From Oculina patagonica (lineage: Eukaryota): DNA of 64,000 nt. The stretch covers positions 39,432,001-39,496,000 of the forward strand of contig NC_135758.1 of assembly GCF_052425735.1 (NCBI RefSeq). Reading direction: 5' to 3'. The notes under the pieces were generated by a model. That model was not told the DNA's origin, made no database searches, and saw nothing but the letters and a program-made list of their open reading frames with translations. Below are positions 12,764 through 26,858 of the stretch, piece by piece. The position numbers and the translations under genes are program-made. Position 1 is the stretch's first letter; the number at the start of each line of letters is the position of its first letter.

Positions 12764-15700
12764 ATGTTGTTGTTGGCGAATGCTTTTGCCTTCTTTTCAC
12801 TTCAACTGTGCCTCGTATTGGGAAAAGGTAAGTGTGCTACTTAGCTGTAATATTTCACACATAACATTTCAAAAGGCCGCCACTTGATGACGGAGGCGAA
12901 TGATTTTCGCTTCAGCGAATGGACAAAATAATCGTTAGCGAAACAAACAATTTGTTGTTTTTGTTTTTAAATAATCTGAGCCCTCAGGGCCTGAAACTGA
13001 TTTTAAGTTTGATGTATTTTAAGGACCTAATTATTTATCTAATTTAAGCGACCGTATTTTGTCGCTTCAGTGATTTTGACACGCAAAAGTATAGTTGCTT
13101 TTCTGGTGTAAAGGTAAATATCTGGGAAGGTCGTTATTAATTTTCCACGGTTATAAGTGTCACATCCCCGCCTTATATAAACACTATTCCGCGATACGTT
13201 CGGAGCTCTGTATTTAAATCGCACTGCATGTCTTACTTTGCTTCTTGATCAACCTGTGCCATTTTGCCACCTGTTTCAGACCTCCTGCTTCCCAAATGTG
13301 TCAAGATCGTGTCCATTAACACCCCTCTGGACGATCCTACCAGGGCCGCAGAGAACTACGGTGTACAAGCCGACAGAAAGAAAGCAGTACTGACTGATAA
13401 GCCGGAGGTTTTTAGAATCCACAAAGGACTTATGGAAGAGAATGGAACAGTGTCTCTGGAAGCGTTTTTTCATCCTCGATTTTTTCTGCGCCACAAAAAT
13501 TACCACTTTCACTTGGAGAAAGAGGTTAACAGTTCCATGTTTTGTGAGTGCTTTTTGTTCAGTTGTTGATTTTATTAGGTGCATTTTAACTGGCAAGAAC
13601 CAGTGAAAACTGTGCCATGCATTGAAATGTTTCTCATGCCATGGCAGTGATTGCAAAATCTATCAAGTTACCTACGATATCGACGGCTTAATTAATGGTC
13701 ATTAATATACCACACGAGTGAATAGTGCTTTTCGCGCGCTCTGATTGGTTAACTCGAAGGTGATTAGCAAAGTACTATTCACCATCAAGAAGCTGAAGGG
13801 AAACAAAGTGGCTTCCCGTGTAGCTTTGCATTGGTTACAGAAAGTTCTTCCCATAAATACCTTATGCCCAAGGGGATAAGGCATTCTGTTTTTTCGATAT
13901 TCCAAAAGATAAGTTGGTCTCTCCTCCCACATACAAAAATGTACTAAGTTATAAAGATATCCTTTTTTAACGAATTTAATGAAATTCGTTCGCTATGTTG
14001 GCGGAAAAGTGAAAGCAGTTTTATTTTCCGGCCAGCTTAGATTTTAAAAAGCAGCTTGTGTACTCCTCTTAAAATGCGGCTTGACTAGTTAAACTAAACC
14101 ACCATAATAAATAAGGGCATTATAGAAATACAATAAAATAATTGAATGATCTGTTTCTTATAGACAAGGATGCCACCTTCTTTATTTTGAAAGTCACAGA
14201 GGACCCAGCCCTTTACGCTTTTGAGCTGTACAGTCATCCCACTTGGTTCATGCGCCATTTGAGCCACAAGCCGTACAAAATGGTTCTCAGGAAAGTAAAT
14301 GAATCGAGCAAACATGTCATGGATTCTACTTTCTATCTCGCTCCTCATCGATGTTCAGCAAAGAGCACTAATAAAAACGGTATAATTATTAGTTAAAAGT
14401 ATTTTTTTTATTTCAATAATCGATATTTTTGAGGAAGAAAGTCATTATAGAATATATCTAGGCAAGAGAAATGGACCACAGACAGCAAAAGTTACTTAAC
14501 TGTTTCAATTTCATCATTCCAACGAAACCATCTTTGTTTTCTTGGTTTATTCGATACCCCTTTGGTGTTTTACTACCTTAATAGAAAGTGTTTTACAGTT
14601 TTCCTTTGACCTGAATTAAAGGGGCTATGTCACGGTATTTTAGGTAATTCTATTTATTTTCGTTAATTAAGAGCCGTTAACTTCAAATTTGCAGAGCAAA
14701 GTTCTTTTATTGGCAAAATCACGGCCACATAACAGACAAGGGTTATTTTCGAGTATTTTTTTTGATTTTCGAGTATCAATCACACAATCAATCAAACTTT
14801 ATTTATAGAGGGTTACACGTGATAGTTTTACAACTAATAAATTTGTGGCCCTCTCTAATGTACTAAAAATTAAGAATTTACTATAAACAATAATCTAATT
14901 TAAAATCTAGTTAATCTGTTTTAATCGTCTCGAATTTTGCCCATCCATGCCCCTTTTTGGCCGTTCTCTTGAACCGATGTTTAGTAATTTGCTACGAAAG
15001 TCTACTGCGGCGTCTCTCTCCCGCTGTTTTCCTCTTAGGTACTGTTGCCTGCTTGGAATCGATAGGCGAATTTTCCTTTAATAATAGTGATGAAAAGCCC
15101 TTTGGCCAGGAGCCATGCGAGACCGCTCTATTCACGGGCTATAGTTATTAATTGAAGGAAAATTTCCTGTATTTCAGAAAACAATGCTGAAAAAAAGACA
15201 GTTATGGTGGGAGAAGGAACGTTTATAGGTACGTATCTTATGTGAAAAGCTTTTTTTCATTACAGTCAACTCCCGCCTTGCGGACATCCCGCTATTGCGG
15301 ACACTCGCTATTACGAACAAAATCCAGATCCCCGACGAAAGAGGATTGACTGGAAATGAATCCCGCTATTACCGACTCTCGCCATAACGGACACTAAACG
15401 ACGCCCCGAGCGTGTCCACTATAACGAGAGTTGATTTTATTTTCCCGATCGATACGAATTTTCTTTTTCTTTGTTTTATTCCTTGAATTATTCGCTTCTT
15501 TCTGCTTTTTCTTCTTTTTTACGATTAACTGTCCGCTTTTTCAGCTGATATGAGCATAGTATAACTTTTAATTCATTGTAGACACTGCAGACGAAGAAGC
15601 TGACATTGCCAATGCTAAAGCCAACGATTTGCATGTTGGTGAGAATTTGAGTTCTGTCTGAGGTTTATTTACACCGGACCATTTTGTTTTTGTAACTTAA

Positions 15701-18700
15701 TAAATTTAATTAAATTTTATTTTATTGTTGCTTTTGCCGTTTACAGAGGATTTTGAAAAAGATTTTGCATCTAGAAACCTAGGTAAGAAAATAGCTGGTA
15801 CCGCAAAATATTTCCCTTCTGAGTATAACTGTATTGCTAAAAGCAGCATAAAAGTGGTTAATTTTAAAAAATACGGAAGATGACTGTACTTAGTGAACAA
15901 TGCAACTCGTTATACAACCAATTTTATGAGCGTATCAAAAACTAAAATATTCCTTTTGCCTTTAGATGAAAAAGGGGAATCGATTCGTATACACACTGAA
16001 GGTAATTACCTTAAAATATATCTCCTGTGTACCGCTCACACTGAGGAAAATCTGCAGTTTCTAACTACAACTGTGTTTTTTTTGTTCGCAGATGATCCAA
16101 AGGACGATAGAAAGCCTATTAAAATACACACAGAGGGTAAGGAAGGTTAATACTAATTTGACTTAGAACAATATAGTTGAATTAAAATAGAAACATCTTT
16201 TAAATACATTTCAGGTCATTCCTAATATCAGTGCAACTTGGAAAACTAATTGCTTTTAATTTGGGTACAGAATACATTTCTGGAGTAAGCACGGAAATTT
16301 CAATCTTTGCTTGCTTTAAAAAGATAATTTTAGGGAACCTAAACGGGTGGACTTTGAGTCACTTTTCCATACTTAAGAAATTTTTTCTGTTAACTTTTCT
16401 TTAGCTTCCACAGGAGAAAGTCAAGCAGATATCTTGAAGGAGGTCGAAGACGGTACGTGCATCCTGGAATCAAATGGTTCATTGTGCAGGTTTTCCATCG
16501 TTACCCTGACAGCGAACTGATTCACTGATAGATATGATTCTAAACGTGCCCTCGATGTGAAGAATGCTTTGCTACAAAAGAACTGGCACTTCCAACATTT
16601 AACACCTTCCAATGTGAATTGTACTTTTGTAGTCGTGGCACATTGTGGAGCGTGTTGCAAATTGAGCATGCTTCAAAACCCCTTGAAGCAAAATATACCG
16701 TTGACAAAAATGTGACATAACTTGCAAATGTTTTGACAAGATATTCTAAGCAAAAATGAACCACATTTCACCAGTAACGTATGAAAATAACTGTCATAGA
16801 AAATGCGCCAGTTGTTGGCCAACCGTTTATTCTTTGACGGTTGACTGACAACTGGGAGTGAAAATTTCTAAGCCGGGCTCGTTATCTTGCTTATACCGGA
16901 ACTTCTAGTACAAGGTTAAACTTGTTTCACGTTTGTAAGTAAAGCTGTTGATAGTTTTGTGACATAGAGACAACTAGACGTTTTCCAACGAGGGACTTTA
17001 AGGCCCAAGCTTGCAGAAGGTACTGCATGACTTTTACAGCCATATTTTTTAATTTGTTTAAAGCCTTCAGAATTGCCCAGAATACTGACAATTCTACATA
17101 TCTGGAAAAGATCGAAAAAGACATAGAGGACAAAGTAAACACTATAGCTGAGGCAGCTGCGAATGAACCTAAGAAACCGCCTTCTGGTACTGGAAAGGGC
17201 AATGACAACAAAATAAACACAGTAGATGATATCGAGATTCACACAGAAGCGGACGAACCAGTCAAGGCCAAAAGCAATTTCAAGACGAAAATACACACTG
17301 AAAGCGATATACAAGATGTTGGTAATGAAGAGGATCCCACAAACAAACCTCCGAAGGTCAGACACGAGGAACGAACACAGAGGGTGGAGGTTTTAGGGCC
17401 GGTGATCGAGCTGAAGAAGCCTGCTGATGAAAATGAACAAACGGAAATAAATAAAGAGATTGTGGTCACAGGAAAGCCTAAGTTGAATGGAAAGGTTACG
17501 ATTGACACAACATTTCAATACAAGCATCCACATAAGGCGAAGATCAAGAAGAACGGTGAGCATAGAGAGAAGCTTAATGGGTTTAGCATCGACAACGTTG
17601 TCCCTGCGAAACGCCCCACAAATACAGCGTCCGATGACATGCGATTGAAAACAAAGACGCATGCGCGGCAGCACAAAGCGTATCATGATTATTCAGTGGC
17701 ACACAAAGTTTTGAACTCCAATATCGAGAAACTAAGAAACGTTCTGAACGCAATCGAAGGTGCGCCGGCCAACAACAAAGCCAGTGAACAAGGAATTGAG
17801 GTGGTGAAGAAAAAATCTGGCAGGTTAGGTGCGTTATCCGGTCAAAAACAGCATTTGAACGAAATTGAGGCAAGCCTGCAGCTTAGCGGCACACCTCAAG
17901 TTATCCCTCCTTACCTGCCACAGGATCTGGCGGGATACAAAGTGCTCAAGACTCAATCGAGAACACAGACGAATATCACAAAGCTTCCTGGCCCTCCAGT
18001 CACGCAACAACCTGCAAATAACATAGTGTCTGCAAATACTTCTCCAGTCCAGAACTCGGCCGTGACAGCTAATCCTTTACAGAATGCGAGCGAAAAACAA
18101 GTCCGGTTGCCTCAAACCAGTGGGACTCCCGTGAGGGCAAATGCTGGCTTACCACAAGCAAGTGCGCCAGGGCTACACGTGGTCCAAGGAAATGGAAATC
18201 TACCGAAGGATAACGTTAAAACCGAGACTTCTGCCGATGTGTTAGATCACCTCGCTAGTGAACTTGTTGATCACGATGCAGCCAGCCGCCCCGCTCACAA
18301 CGTAGTTGGTAACAGTGTCAGTAATTGGGTGAATCAGCCCAACCCCCGTAATGATACCCTCCAGGAGACCTTTAAGGAGTTGAGCCCTGATGATTCTGCA
18401 AAGATATGTAAGTTAATTTTACTTTTGAAAATGACTCCTATGTTAGACGTAGATAATTTTTAAATCTATACACCCTATTTTAAAGGTTATTTTGGAATTG
18501 ATGATGTTGACAGTCGGGAAACAAATCTAAAACAGCTTTGGAAATACTTGCCTACGACACGTGGTTTCCGTCTATAGCTATTTATGAAGCCCATATAGTA
18601 TCACGTTTGAAGAAAGAAGGTCATAAGAATATTCATTTTGCCGCAATGTTTTCTCAATTTCTTTCCTTGTTTTGCGAAAAACAAATGTTTTTAAAGTCAT

Positions 18701-21700
18701 TGCCAAGTGTAGACTTTCTGAAAAGTGAGTACAGTGGAACCCCGATATAACGATCTTCGATATAACGATATTCCCGATATAACGATGAATATGTTATGTC
18801 CCGGCAATAGTAAAATGTATGGGACGGAACCCCGACATAACGATTCCTCGATATAACGATATAATTTTACTGCCCCCTTGGCATATCGTTATATCGGGGT
18901 TCCACTGTATAAACTTCTTGCTGTTTTCTTTTTTTTATTCATGGACAGTTTACCTTGGTGAGTGTGAAGACAAGTTTCCTAAGGCGTGTGAGGACTGGGC
19001 AGCCCAGCGGTATTGTTTGACATTTAGTGAGCTGATGAAGAGATATTGTAGAAAGGCCTGCAAACTGTGCAGTAAGTTGACACGGATTTTTAAAAACACA
19101 AGAGAAATGAGAGATATCGCCAGTGCTCAATTCTAGACTGAAAAAAATGAAAATTTTATAGCCTGTGTTTTATTTGGTAAATGTTCGTTACAAATAGATC
19201 GATACATTTTTTCAATGAAGGCGTGCTCCACATGCAGCAAGTACGAGTTTTCTAACTAAAGAGGAGGATGTCTTACTTTTGATGATGACATTTCCAGAAG
19301 TTAATTTGATCAGTGTGTTATTGATATTTTGCTTCTGATAAAGCACTTTACTGATAGCAAAGCTTTTCACTGATAGCAACGCTCCAGCAATTTCTTGTCT
19401 TATTTTCAGATCACGTGTTAGCAACGGGTTTTACCTCGTGCGATAAATCCTGCGGAGGAGGAGTCAGACTGCGCATGATCAAAGTCAATAACCGCCAAGT
19501 TTTGCAACGAAGATCTTGCAACGTACAAAGCTGTCCAAGTAAGCTAAGACTAAATTGTCTTATTCATTACATACCGGCCGTTCTGCTTTTAAACCCAGTA
19601 AAACGATAATAAAGCTGCAACAAAACACACTAGTTTTGAATAATAAAAGATAAACGTAGACATGGGATAGTTTAAGCCATGAAAAAGAGAACTTTTTCTT
19701 ACTGATGTACTTGCATATCGCACAGTACTATTGTGGAAAAGCTAAGGCGCTTATAAACCAGGATAATTTTCCTTTAGCCTTGGCATAATTGTATTAACAT
19801 AAATTTCTAACGTAGCATCAATATTAATCATTTCAAAGGAAGGATTACATGTTAGTTACTACATATCGCAGTAACGTTTCATCGCAGAGATTTGCGTCCA
19901 CACATGAGTTCAAATAAAGATATATCTGGACGATATATATTAGTCACGAGAAAATTTGAGACTTAGATTTTGCCCTAAACTTATTCCAGTAATGCATTTT
20001 CTACAAATAATTATTGTTCCTGTTTGTTTTTTGTTTTGGTTTGTTTTACAGTTAATGGAGGTTACACACCTTACTCGAATTGGTCCGAATGTAGCGTGAC
20101 ATGTGGCGAAGGAGTGCGTTACCGACACAGGTCATGCAGCAACCCCAAGCCACAGTTTGGTGGGCGTGACTGCACTCGCTATGGAGCTCCGGTTGATACT
20201 ATGCCATGCGTCAAGGGCTGTAAAGGTAAGTACTTCCATATCAGTTCTTCTCTTGAAAAGAAATATTTCAGCGGATTCAATGTTATATAGCTGACCCTGT
20301 GCTAGTAATGATGAACAAAGAATGTTGATTGAAGTAGAAGGAAAAAAAGTTAACCGGTGAGTAATTGAGCGAACGAGCGAGCGAGCAAGAGACACTTCGC
20401 CGTTCAAAGACTTCACACTATCATCATATTCTACTGCATAAGGACAAAGGAAACAATTGTCAAAGGGAACGATTAAATAATTTAAAATGGGAAAACATTG
20501 TAAGTAACAAATCATGTTCAACAGCTTTTTTTATTGTAGTAAAAGCCATTGTAAAACACTTTTTAAGGAAGAGAAAGTACTCCAAGAGATAGGCATCTGT
20601 GCCGGTATGCTGACTGGCAAAATACTTTTTATTTAGGTTTCAAACCTGGGAAACACCACTCATCTGCCAATGTAGGTAAGTTATTGATAAAAGAAGGCAA
20701 TACACATACATGCAGTTGTCTCGAAGTTGATGCTGTCACTTAGATGCGTTCAGTATTGGAGCACGGACGGTTGACACGAGTTACTTTCTTTGTATGCGTT
20801 GATCAGAGTTTACCCTGTAATGATCTAAACACAGACTTGCTGTTTTTGATTAAATAACTTCAGGAGTCGCCACGATGCAACTTCCAAAGTTGGATTTCAC
20901 ACTTGTCCTGCCTGATAGATACTTTCTACTGTTAGTGTAAGTGTATTCAATTAAGACAGCAATTTTTTTCTTTCAGGATACAAGAATGGAAAACATTACT
21001 CAGACTCCAACTTAAGTATGGTTTGTCTCAATCTAAGCTTTTTAATACAAAAGCTGACTTTTTTAAAATCGATGCATTTGAAAACGGTTAGAATTATTTT
21101 TATGCAGATCCCGAGGAATTTCCTGAGTACAAAGCCGAAGAGTCAAATCCAAAGAACCCGGAACCCGGTTAGTGAGCATATACACCATGTGCCACCGGTA
21201 ATTTTTTGTATAAGCTAATATTTTTTTTAGTTGCGTTAATTTTGTAATTAACAGCAACAATTCCATGCAAAATAACACTGTTGTATGCAATGCAACATGT
21301 GTTGTCTCTTTATAATGACTAGAAGAACTTTTGGGGTCTTGTAACTCAAACCTAAGCGTTATTTTGTAATACTTCCCCGAGCAATTTCCCAAGAATACAG
21401 TTAGCACAGAAGATATCAAAATCCCGTTCATATCCCTCAGTCCAGAAGTGTAAGGAGTTTACAAAATACCCAAATCTGATCTTTGGGTTGGAAACAGTAT
21501 TCTAGAACATAAGATGTCAAACGTACGAGAGAGAAAATGTCAAATATAAGTTGCATGTGTACAGATAGTTAACTTTTAAATATGTGTTTCGTGCATGTGG
21601 TACAAAGTTGGTGAAAGTGATTCTGATATGGAAAACCAAGAAGATGAAGAATCAGGCAGTGCAAATCAGCCGTCTGGTAAGCATGGTTATTGGATCAAAA

Positions 21701-24700
21701 TGTTTATACTCCTTAAAATTTGCTATACATTTCTTTAATGTCGATTGAGGAAAAGTGGTGGAACATCCAAAAAATATCCTTTATTTCACCATGTGCCGTA
21801 AAGATAAAATATTTGTCGATCAGGCTTTGGTTTTCTTGTAAACCTTTCCTTGTAGCTAACTGTTACCTTTATCCACACAACTTGATATTGATCACCTTTT
21901 TTTGAAAAGAAGCATATGTTTGAGGTTGGGTGCTTGTCCTCTTGTTGAATCAGCTTTTGACCGTTAATAAGATTATCGATTGGTCATGACTGAAATAACA
22001 GCATTATTAACCAAAGAATAATAGTAAATAAAAATATTTTCTGTTGTTTCTTTTTATAAAATGCATCCAATAATCATTCTTTTAAAAGCCAAGCAGTTAT
22101 ATATCATCATGAAAAGAAATTGTTTTATTTCAATCTCAGTGATTACGGAACAAGCCAAGCAATCATTTTTTTTTCTTGTAGGTTATGGTCAGGAGTTTGA
22201 GTGGCCCAAGAAACACCAACGACGCAAGCCACTTGTTCTGAATCACGTGCACAAAAACGTGTACAAACACAAGGATAACCATGGCAACGAGCATTACCTT
22301 CACATTGGTAAGTAAGGCCTTCTTTAATTATTCTTGGTTTTCATGTTACGTCATAAAATTCTGAAATCAAAATTCACTAGGCCTGCTAAATTTTCGTTGT
22401 CATCAGACGTAAGATAAACTAAAAATATATCTTTTTGCAAATTTCCAGGTCGATAGTGTCATTCGTTTTTTAAACAGAGCATTTTGAACATTTGAGTTCT
22501 CCGTTGTATGTGACATCAAGCTGAGTGCCGTGACAAAGCTGTTTTGTTTGAAAAAAGGCCTTTCCTTTCCATTTCCAGCAGATTGAACATTTCAGATATA
22601 ATAAGTGGTGTTTATGTGAAACTGTACTAGCTCATGAGCCAAAGATTGCCGCTGTTGTAAACAGAATCAGTTCCTGATGGTTTCTCTGACATCACGGCGG
22701 CCATATTTGTGTCCCTCGGAAGGACACAGTTATGGCATCTCCATACTAAGCTTTATAAATTTGCGTGGAAAGATTCGGCAAATAACTCGCGAACGGTACA
22801 CCGCACAGACCTGAAACTTGGAGAAATTGTTTATCTATTTATCGTCTATAATATATGAAATTCATAGCTTCTGTAGTTGAATGGTTTCGAATTTATTTTT
22901 TGATTGCGTGACAGTGAAAACCAGCAATTGTTCCAGGCTGTGCCATTGCCTTGCAAAAGTGGTATCACAGCCTGGTGATTGCTTTGCTGCCGCGCCACTG
23001 TGACGTCATTGTGACGCTACTTTTCAATTGTTGAACTGAACTGTAGTACCACGCCGTTGAAAACGGGTTTGTGCTGCTAATGATGCTGCTTCTGTGAAGT
23101 ACAAGCATAATTCTTGCATTCTGACTGACAGAACGGTAGGTGCCATCTCTGAGTTTTAGTTTTGATTCCTTAGCGCACATACTGATGTCGAGTCAAAATT
23201 TATGGATTCATACGGCCCCAAATGGACCATAACGCTGTTTTTGTAGCTCACACGTGCTGTTAAGCTAGTGTTTTCTATGTTAATCATTATAATCCCATTG
23301 TAATGCATGTCTTCCATGTCTTTTTTTTATTTTCCAGATGAAGAGCAGAACCCTGAAGACCAATTACAAACTCATGTGGTGCGATACCAAGGGCACCAAG
23401 GTCAGTGGCAGATGGCTTACCCCCCCCCCCCCCCCCCGCTACAGATTCCTTATAACATTTATAGCCAAAAGCAAAGCGCTCACTTTGGATATTCATAACG
23501 GACTTACTTCACAATACGAACCAATTAAGACACGAAAAAGAAGAAATCATGCAGCCTCTTAACTGGTTACAAAGACTTCTGCTTGGATTGGTTAGGCATG
23601 TTACAAGACTTCTTTTCAAACAATAACTTAATAACAGACCTTAATAAATGAACTCAACCACACGAATGAGAGCCGAGTTGCAAAATTCCGTTGAAAAAAT
23701 TATTGGATCAGAAAAAGGTGAAAAGGAATTGAAATGAGCATTAACGTCTCGTTATTTTACTTTTATATAATAGTGGCAAGGATGCAGTGCGGTCCTTCGC
23801 GACTGCTTCAGTACCAAAAGAACCCAGCGAACAATCCCACTGCATTCAAACGATCAAACCCGTACAAGATGTATGATGCTGGAGAGATTGTGTATGATAA
23901 AGATGGCGTACCCGCAGATACCACCAAGAATGTCGTACAAGCTTTTGACTCGTAAGTTACTCAGTTTGCATCCCATGCAAGTATTAATTTTTCCAGTGAA
24001 TCTTGGTTTGCTGTTGTGCTTACATATCATTCAGCTAGATTTGAATCTTTTTCTAAGTAAACATACTGCGTTTTTTGTTCTTTAGCAATAATGGACATTA
24101 ATTTCTGTACGTTGCCTCAAAGCTATTGTAATGATACTTGCAGGTGATGTGTTGTCGTATAACAAAAAATTGCTTGCTTCTTCTTTTGTAGGCCTTACAA
24201 GATCATTCTTCAAAGAAATAAAAATAACGAAATGAAAGTACTTGAACAGTGCATAGAGTCGGGTAAGTTTAATTTAAACTCTTCAGTATACGGCGTACTT
24301 CTGTCGACTTCAATTATCAATTCCTCCTGCATTTTGTTACAATATTCTATTTTTTCACAGATGCTTCCGTAAACCCTGAAAACGATTTAAAGTATGGCTC
24401 CCAAAATTTTGGTAAGAAGTAAAATGAATAATATCATGATGACATGCATCATTCATCGATTATATCGTTGAGAGTTGATCAAGGAAACGGTTGAACTAAA
24501 CCAATAATTTCTTTTTTTAGTGGATTCGACTTCTTTGCCAAGCGAACAGCGATCGCTTCCCGCTACTACAAGACCCCCTGTAGATGGGGAGACATCCAAC
24601 CGCTTCACTGATAATGGTAATTCTAATAGTCAAGGTTCGAAAGGGTAGTTACAGTCTCGATACAGTCTTTTTCCCAGTGGTAATTTGAGTTGTGACGCAA

Positions 24701-26506
24701 CATCAGCCACGAGGAAAGGACCTTGCGTGACGATTAAAATAATGGCTGTGAATTGAAAGAGACATAGGGGCGGGCAGAAGTGGCCAGCATGTCGTTTAGG
24801 GCCTAGCTTGGAGGTGGTTGAGCCCAAATACGTCAGCCATTCTTGAAGTGGATTTTTAACGAAGAAAAATCAGCTTAAATCGAATTATTCTGGTGGTGGG
24901 ATAGAATATATTTGATGATCAATTTGACTTGCTCTTCGGTAGTATTTCGCTAGGGCCTGTAAACTCATATAAACGTGGAGTAAGAGGGAGTTTGAAATGT
25001 CAGAACCGTTTAGAAATTAATACCGCCTCATCAGTTTAATTCTATAATAATATTTAGTTGTAGTGCAAATACAGTCACCCACCTTTATCAAGGTCATCTC
25101 GCATGGTAGCAGGTGATTTACTAATCTTCTCTTTTTTAAACTCAATACAAGGTTTATACGAGTACAAGTACCAAGATATTGGCCAAGGCGTTGATGAAAA
25201 AGCGCTAGGTAAGTTAATGTATCTCGAGGATTGTAAAGATAAGAACGTGGAAGAATTCGTTTGGGGGGGGGGGGGGGGTTCTTAATTTGTTATCCTCCAA
25301 GAAAAGTATTTAGTTTTGCACCAACACCAATGTCAATGTTTTCCTTCTACAGAAACAAGACTAATTTTTAACGCCCATAGACAAACTAACGTGAAGATAT
25401 TTCTAAAAGATAAATTAGTGGTAAAATCGGTCAGAATATTGATTGTAAAACATGTTGACCCCTCTGTGTTAATGATTAACTAGACAGTGACGTCACAGCT
25501 CAGCTGTCCAGAGTAATCAACAACGAAGCTGCAGAAATAAGTCAGAAATCTTTAAGGAGTCAAGGTAGTAACTTTGCTAACTGAAACATTAATGTTAATG
25601 TACTTACACAGTTACTTTGCCTTATTAATGCACGCATTTCTATCACGTTCTTTAAAAACGACGTACTTACACAGGACATTGAGTAGCATCGTAATTTGTA
25701 ACTGAGGCTTGAGAATTAACTCGCGGAAAATAATCTAACAGTATCATATCTATGAATGAAATTATATTATAAAATCATTTCTTTTTCTTTTTCCTTTTAA
25801 AATATTTCGTTTTTATGCATTTATGTTATTGACGCATGCATGCATTTAGCGGTTTCATTTTACTTGCTTGAAATGATATAAGTAATATCGAATATACCAG
25901 AGTCCCTTCATAATTTTCTGTATTGCTTCGTCATCAGACATTTCTTCATGTGTGTAACCAGAACGTCAGGCACCTGAAGTCAGTAATTGTGTGTAAATTT
26001 CTTCAGACTAACTTATGCAAACTCTTTGCATAAAGAGCTTAATCTGTATTTCTCAATTGTATAGATGCCAAGCCCACTCTTAAAGAAGAACTAGCAGCTG
26101 AGAAAGAAGAAGCTTGGAGAGAGAAAAAATACGAAGATTATGTTGCTAGACGGTCCAAGATGTCTGGTAATAAAAGTTACACTTTTTCATAAAAAAAAAA
26201 AACTGCCAAATAAAATATCATATCTGTTTTCGTGTTCGCAGTTTTACCAGTTGTGGCTTTAAAAGATGAGGTTCAGTTTGTGATACATTGTTTGCTGGTG
26301 TTGGGTCTCCGCAAGCAGTATACAGTGTAACGCCCGTGTTGTAACGAAAAAACTTTAGAAGGGGAAGGGACATATTTGATATCTATCATGCGTTGTGTTA
26401 GACTTAGTCTTTCAATTTGTCGTAATTAACAAAGCTTGCATGGACAACTCGTCTGACGTGTCGTGCATTTATTTATGCACTATTCTTTTTTTTAGCAGGA
26501 CGTTAG
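12764..26506 (+). CDS. Secreted mosaic protein: signal peptide, AbfB/CBM42-like beta-trefoil, IHTE-repeat/disordered region, ShK domain, two TSP1 repeats, micro-exon-encoded C-terminal region (~26 exons, ~1190 aa)
   Basis: Exons 12764-12827, 13280-13543, 14164-14379, 15582-15638, 15747-15782, 15966-16001, 16092-16136, 16405-16452, 17064-18407, 18949-19071 (ShK CEDKFPKACEDWAAQRYC...MKRYCRKACKLC), 19410-19538 (TSP1-like CDKSCGGG...RSCNVQSCP), 20052-20225 (TSP1 WSECSVTCGEGVRYRHRSCSNPKPQFGGRDC), 20637-20675, 20977-21015, 21108-21167, 21608-21676, 22182-22307, 23338-23400, 23774-23951, 24192-24262, 24361-24411, 24521-24616, 25152-25208, 25484-25564, 26065-26166, 26499-26506 join in one open frame. 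AbfB motifs VSLEAFFHPRFFLRH...KDATF and AFELYSHPTWFMRH...DSTF. Exons after 20225 are less certain. Confidence 0.8.
15263..15437. mobile_element. Tc1/mariner-type MITE (degenerate)
   Basis: TA-CAGTCAACTCCCGC... start, internal CGGACAC/CGCTATT repeats, ...GAGAGTTGA end. Confidence 0.65.
18732..18907. mobile_element. Tc1/mariner (pogo/Tigger-like) MITE
   Basis: TA|CAGTGGAACCCCGATATAACGAT ... ATCGTTATATCGGGGTTCCACTG|TA: perfect TIRs, TA TSD, internal CGATATAACGAT repeats. Confidence 0.9.
22330..22929. mobile_element. Non-autonomous DNA transposon (~600 bp)
   Basis: Imperfect TIRs ATTCTTGGTTTTCATGTTAC ... GTGACAGTGAAAACCAGCAAT. Confidence 0.55.
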
Positions 26507-26858
26507 TTGGTGAAGAAACCTGCATTTCGACGGTTAACCAACAGAGAGCATGTTCCTTGGACGATTCACAGAGCTGAACTGATCTATTATATTAGCGCTC
26601 TGCAGCTGGAGCTAAACCTAGATCTGGACATATTTGAGAGACTTTGTTATTAGCAGGAAGCCCCACTCGCTAGTCAAGTGCCTGAAACGTCAGGACTCAA
26701 CTTTGCTGGACCTATTAATTCGCATTAGAGTTTGTGTTTACATTTATCGTATCTAACCAGTGTTCTTTTTTTCGTTGTTTTTATCGCAGTCAAAGGTCAA
26801 ATTAATATTGGGACACTTGTAATACATATATCATTTTAACAAAGCGCGAAGGCCGTAC

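Noticed and set aside
17027-18463. Standalone 478-aa gene
   Set aside because: The ORF ends lie in intron sequence. It is internal exon 17064-18407 of the AbfB/ShK/TSP1 gene.
25938-25981. Possible extra exon of the AbfB/ShK/TSP1 gene
   Set aside because: It has a stop in the required phase-1 frame, and the flanking exons join without it.
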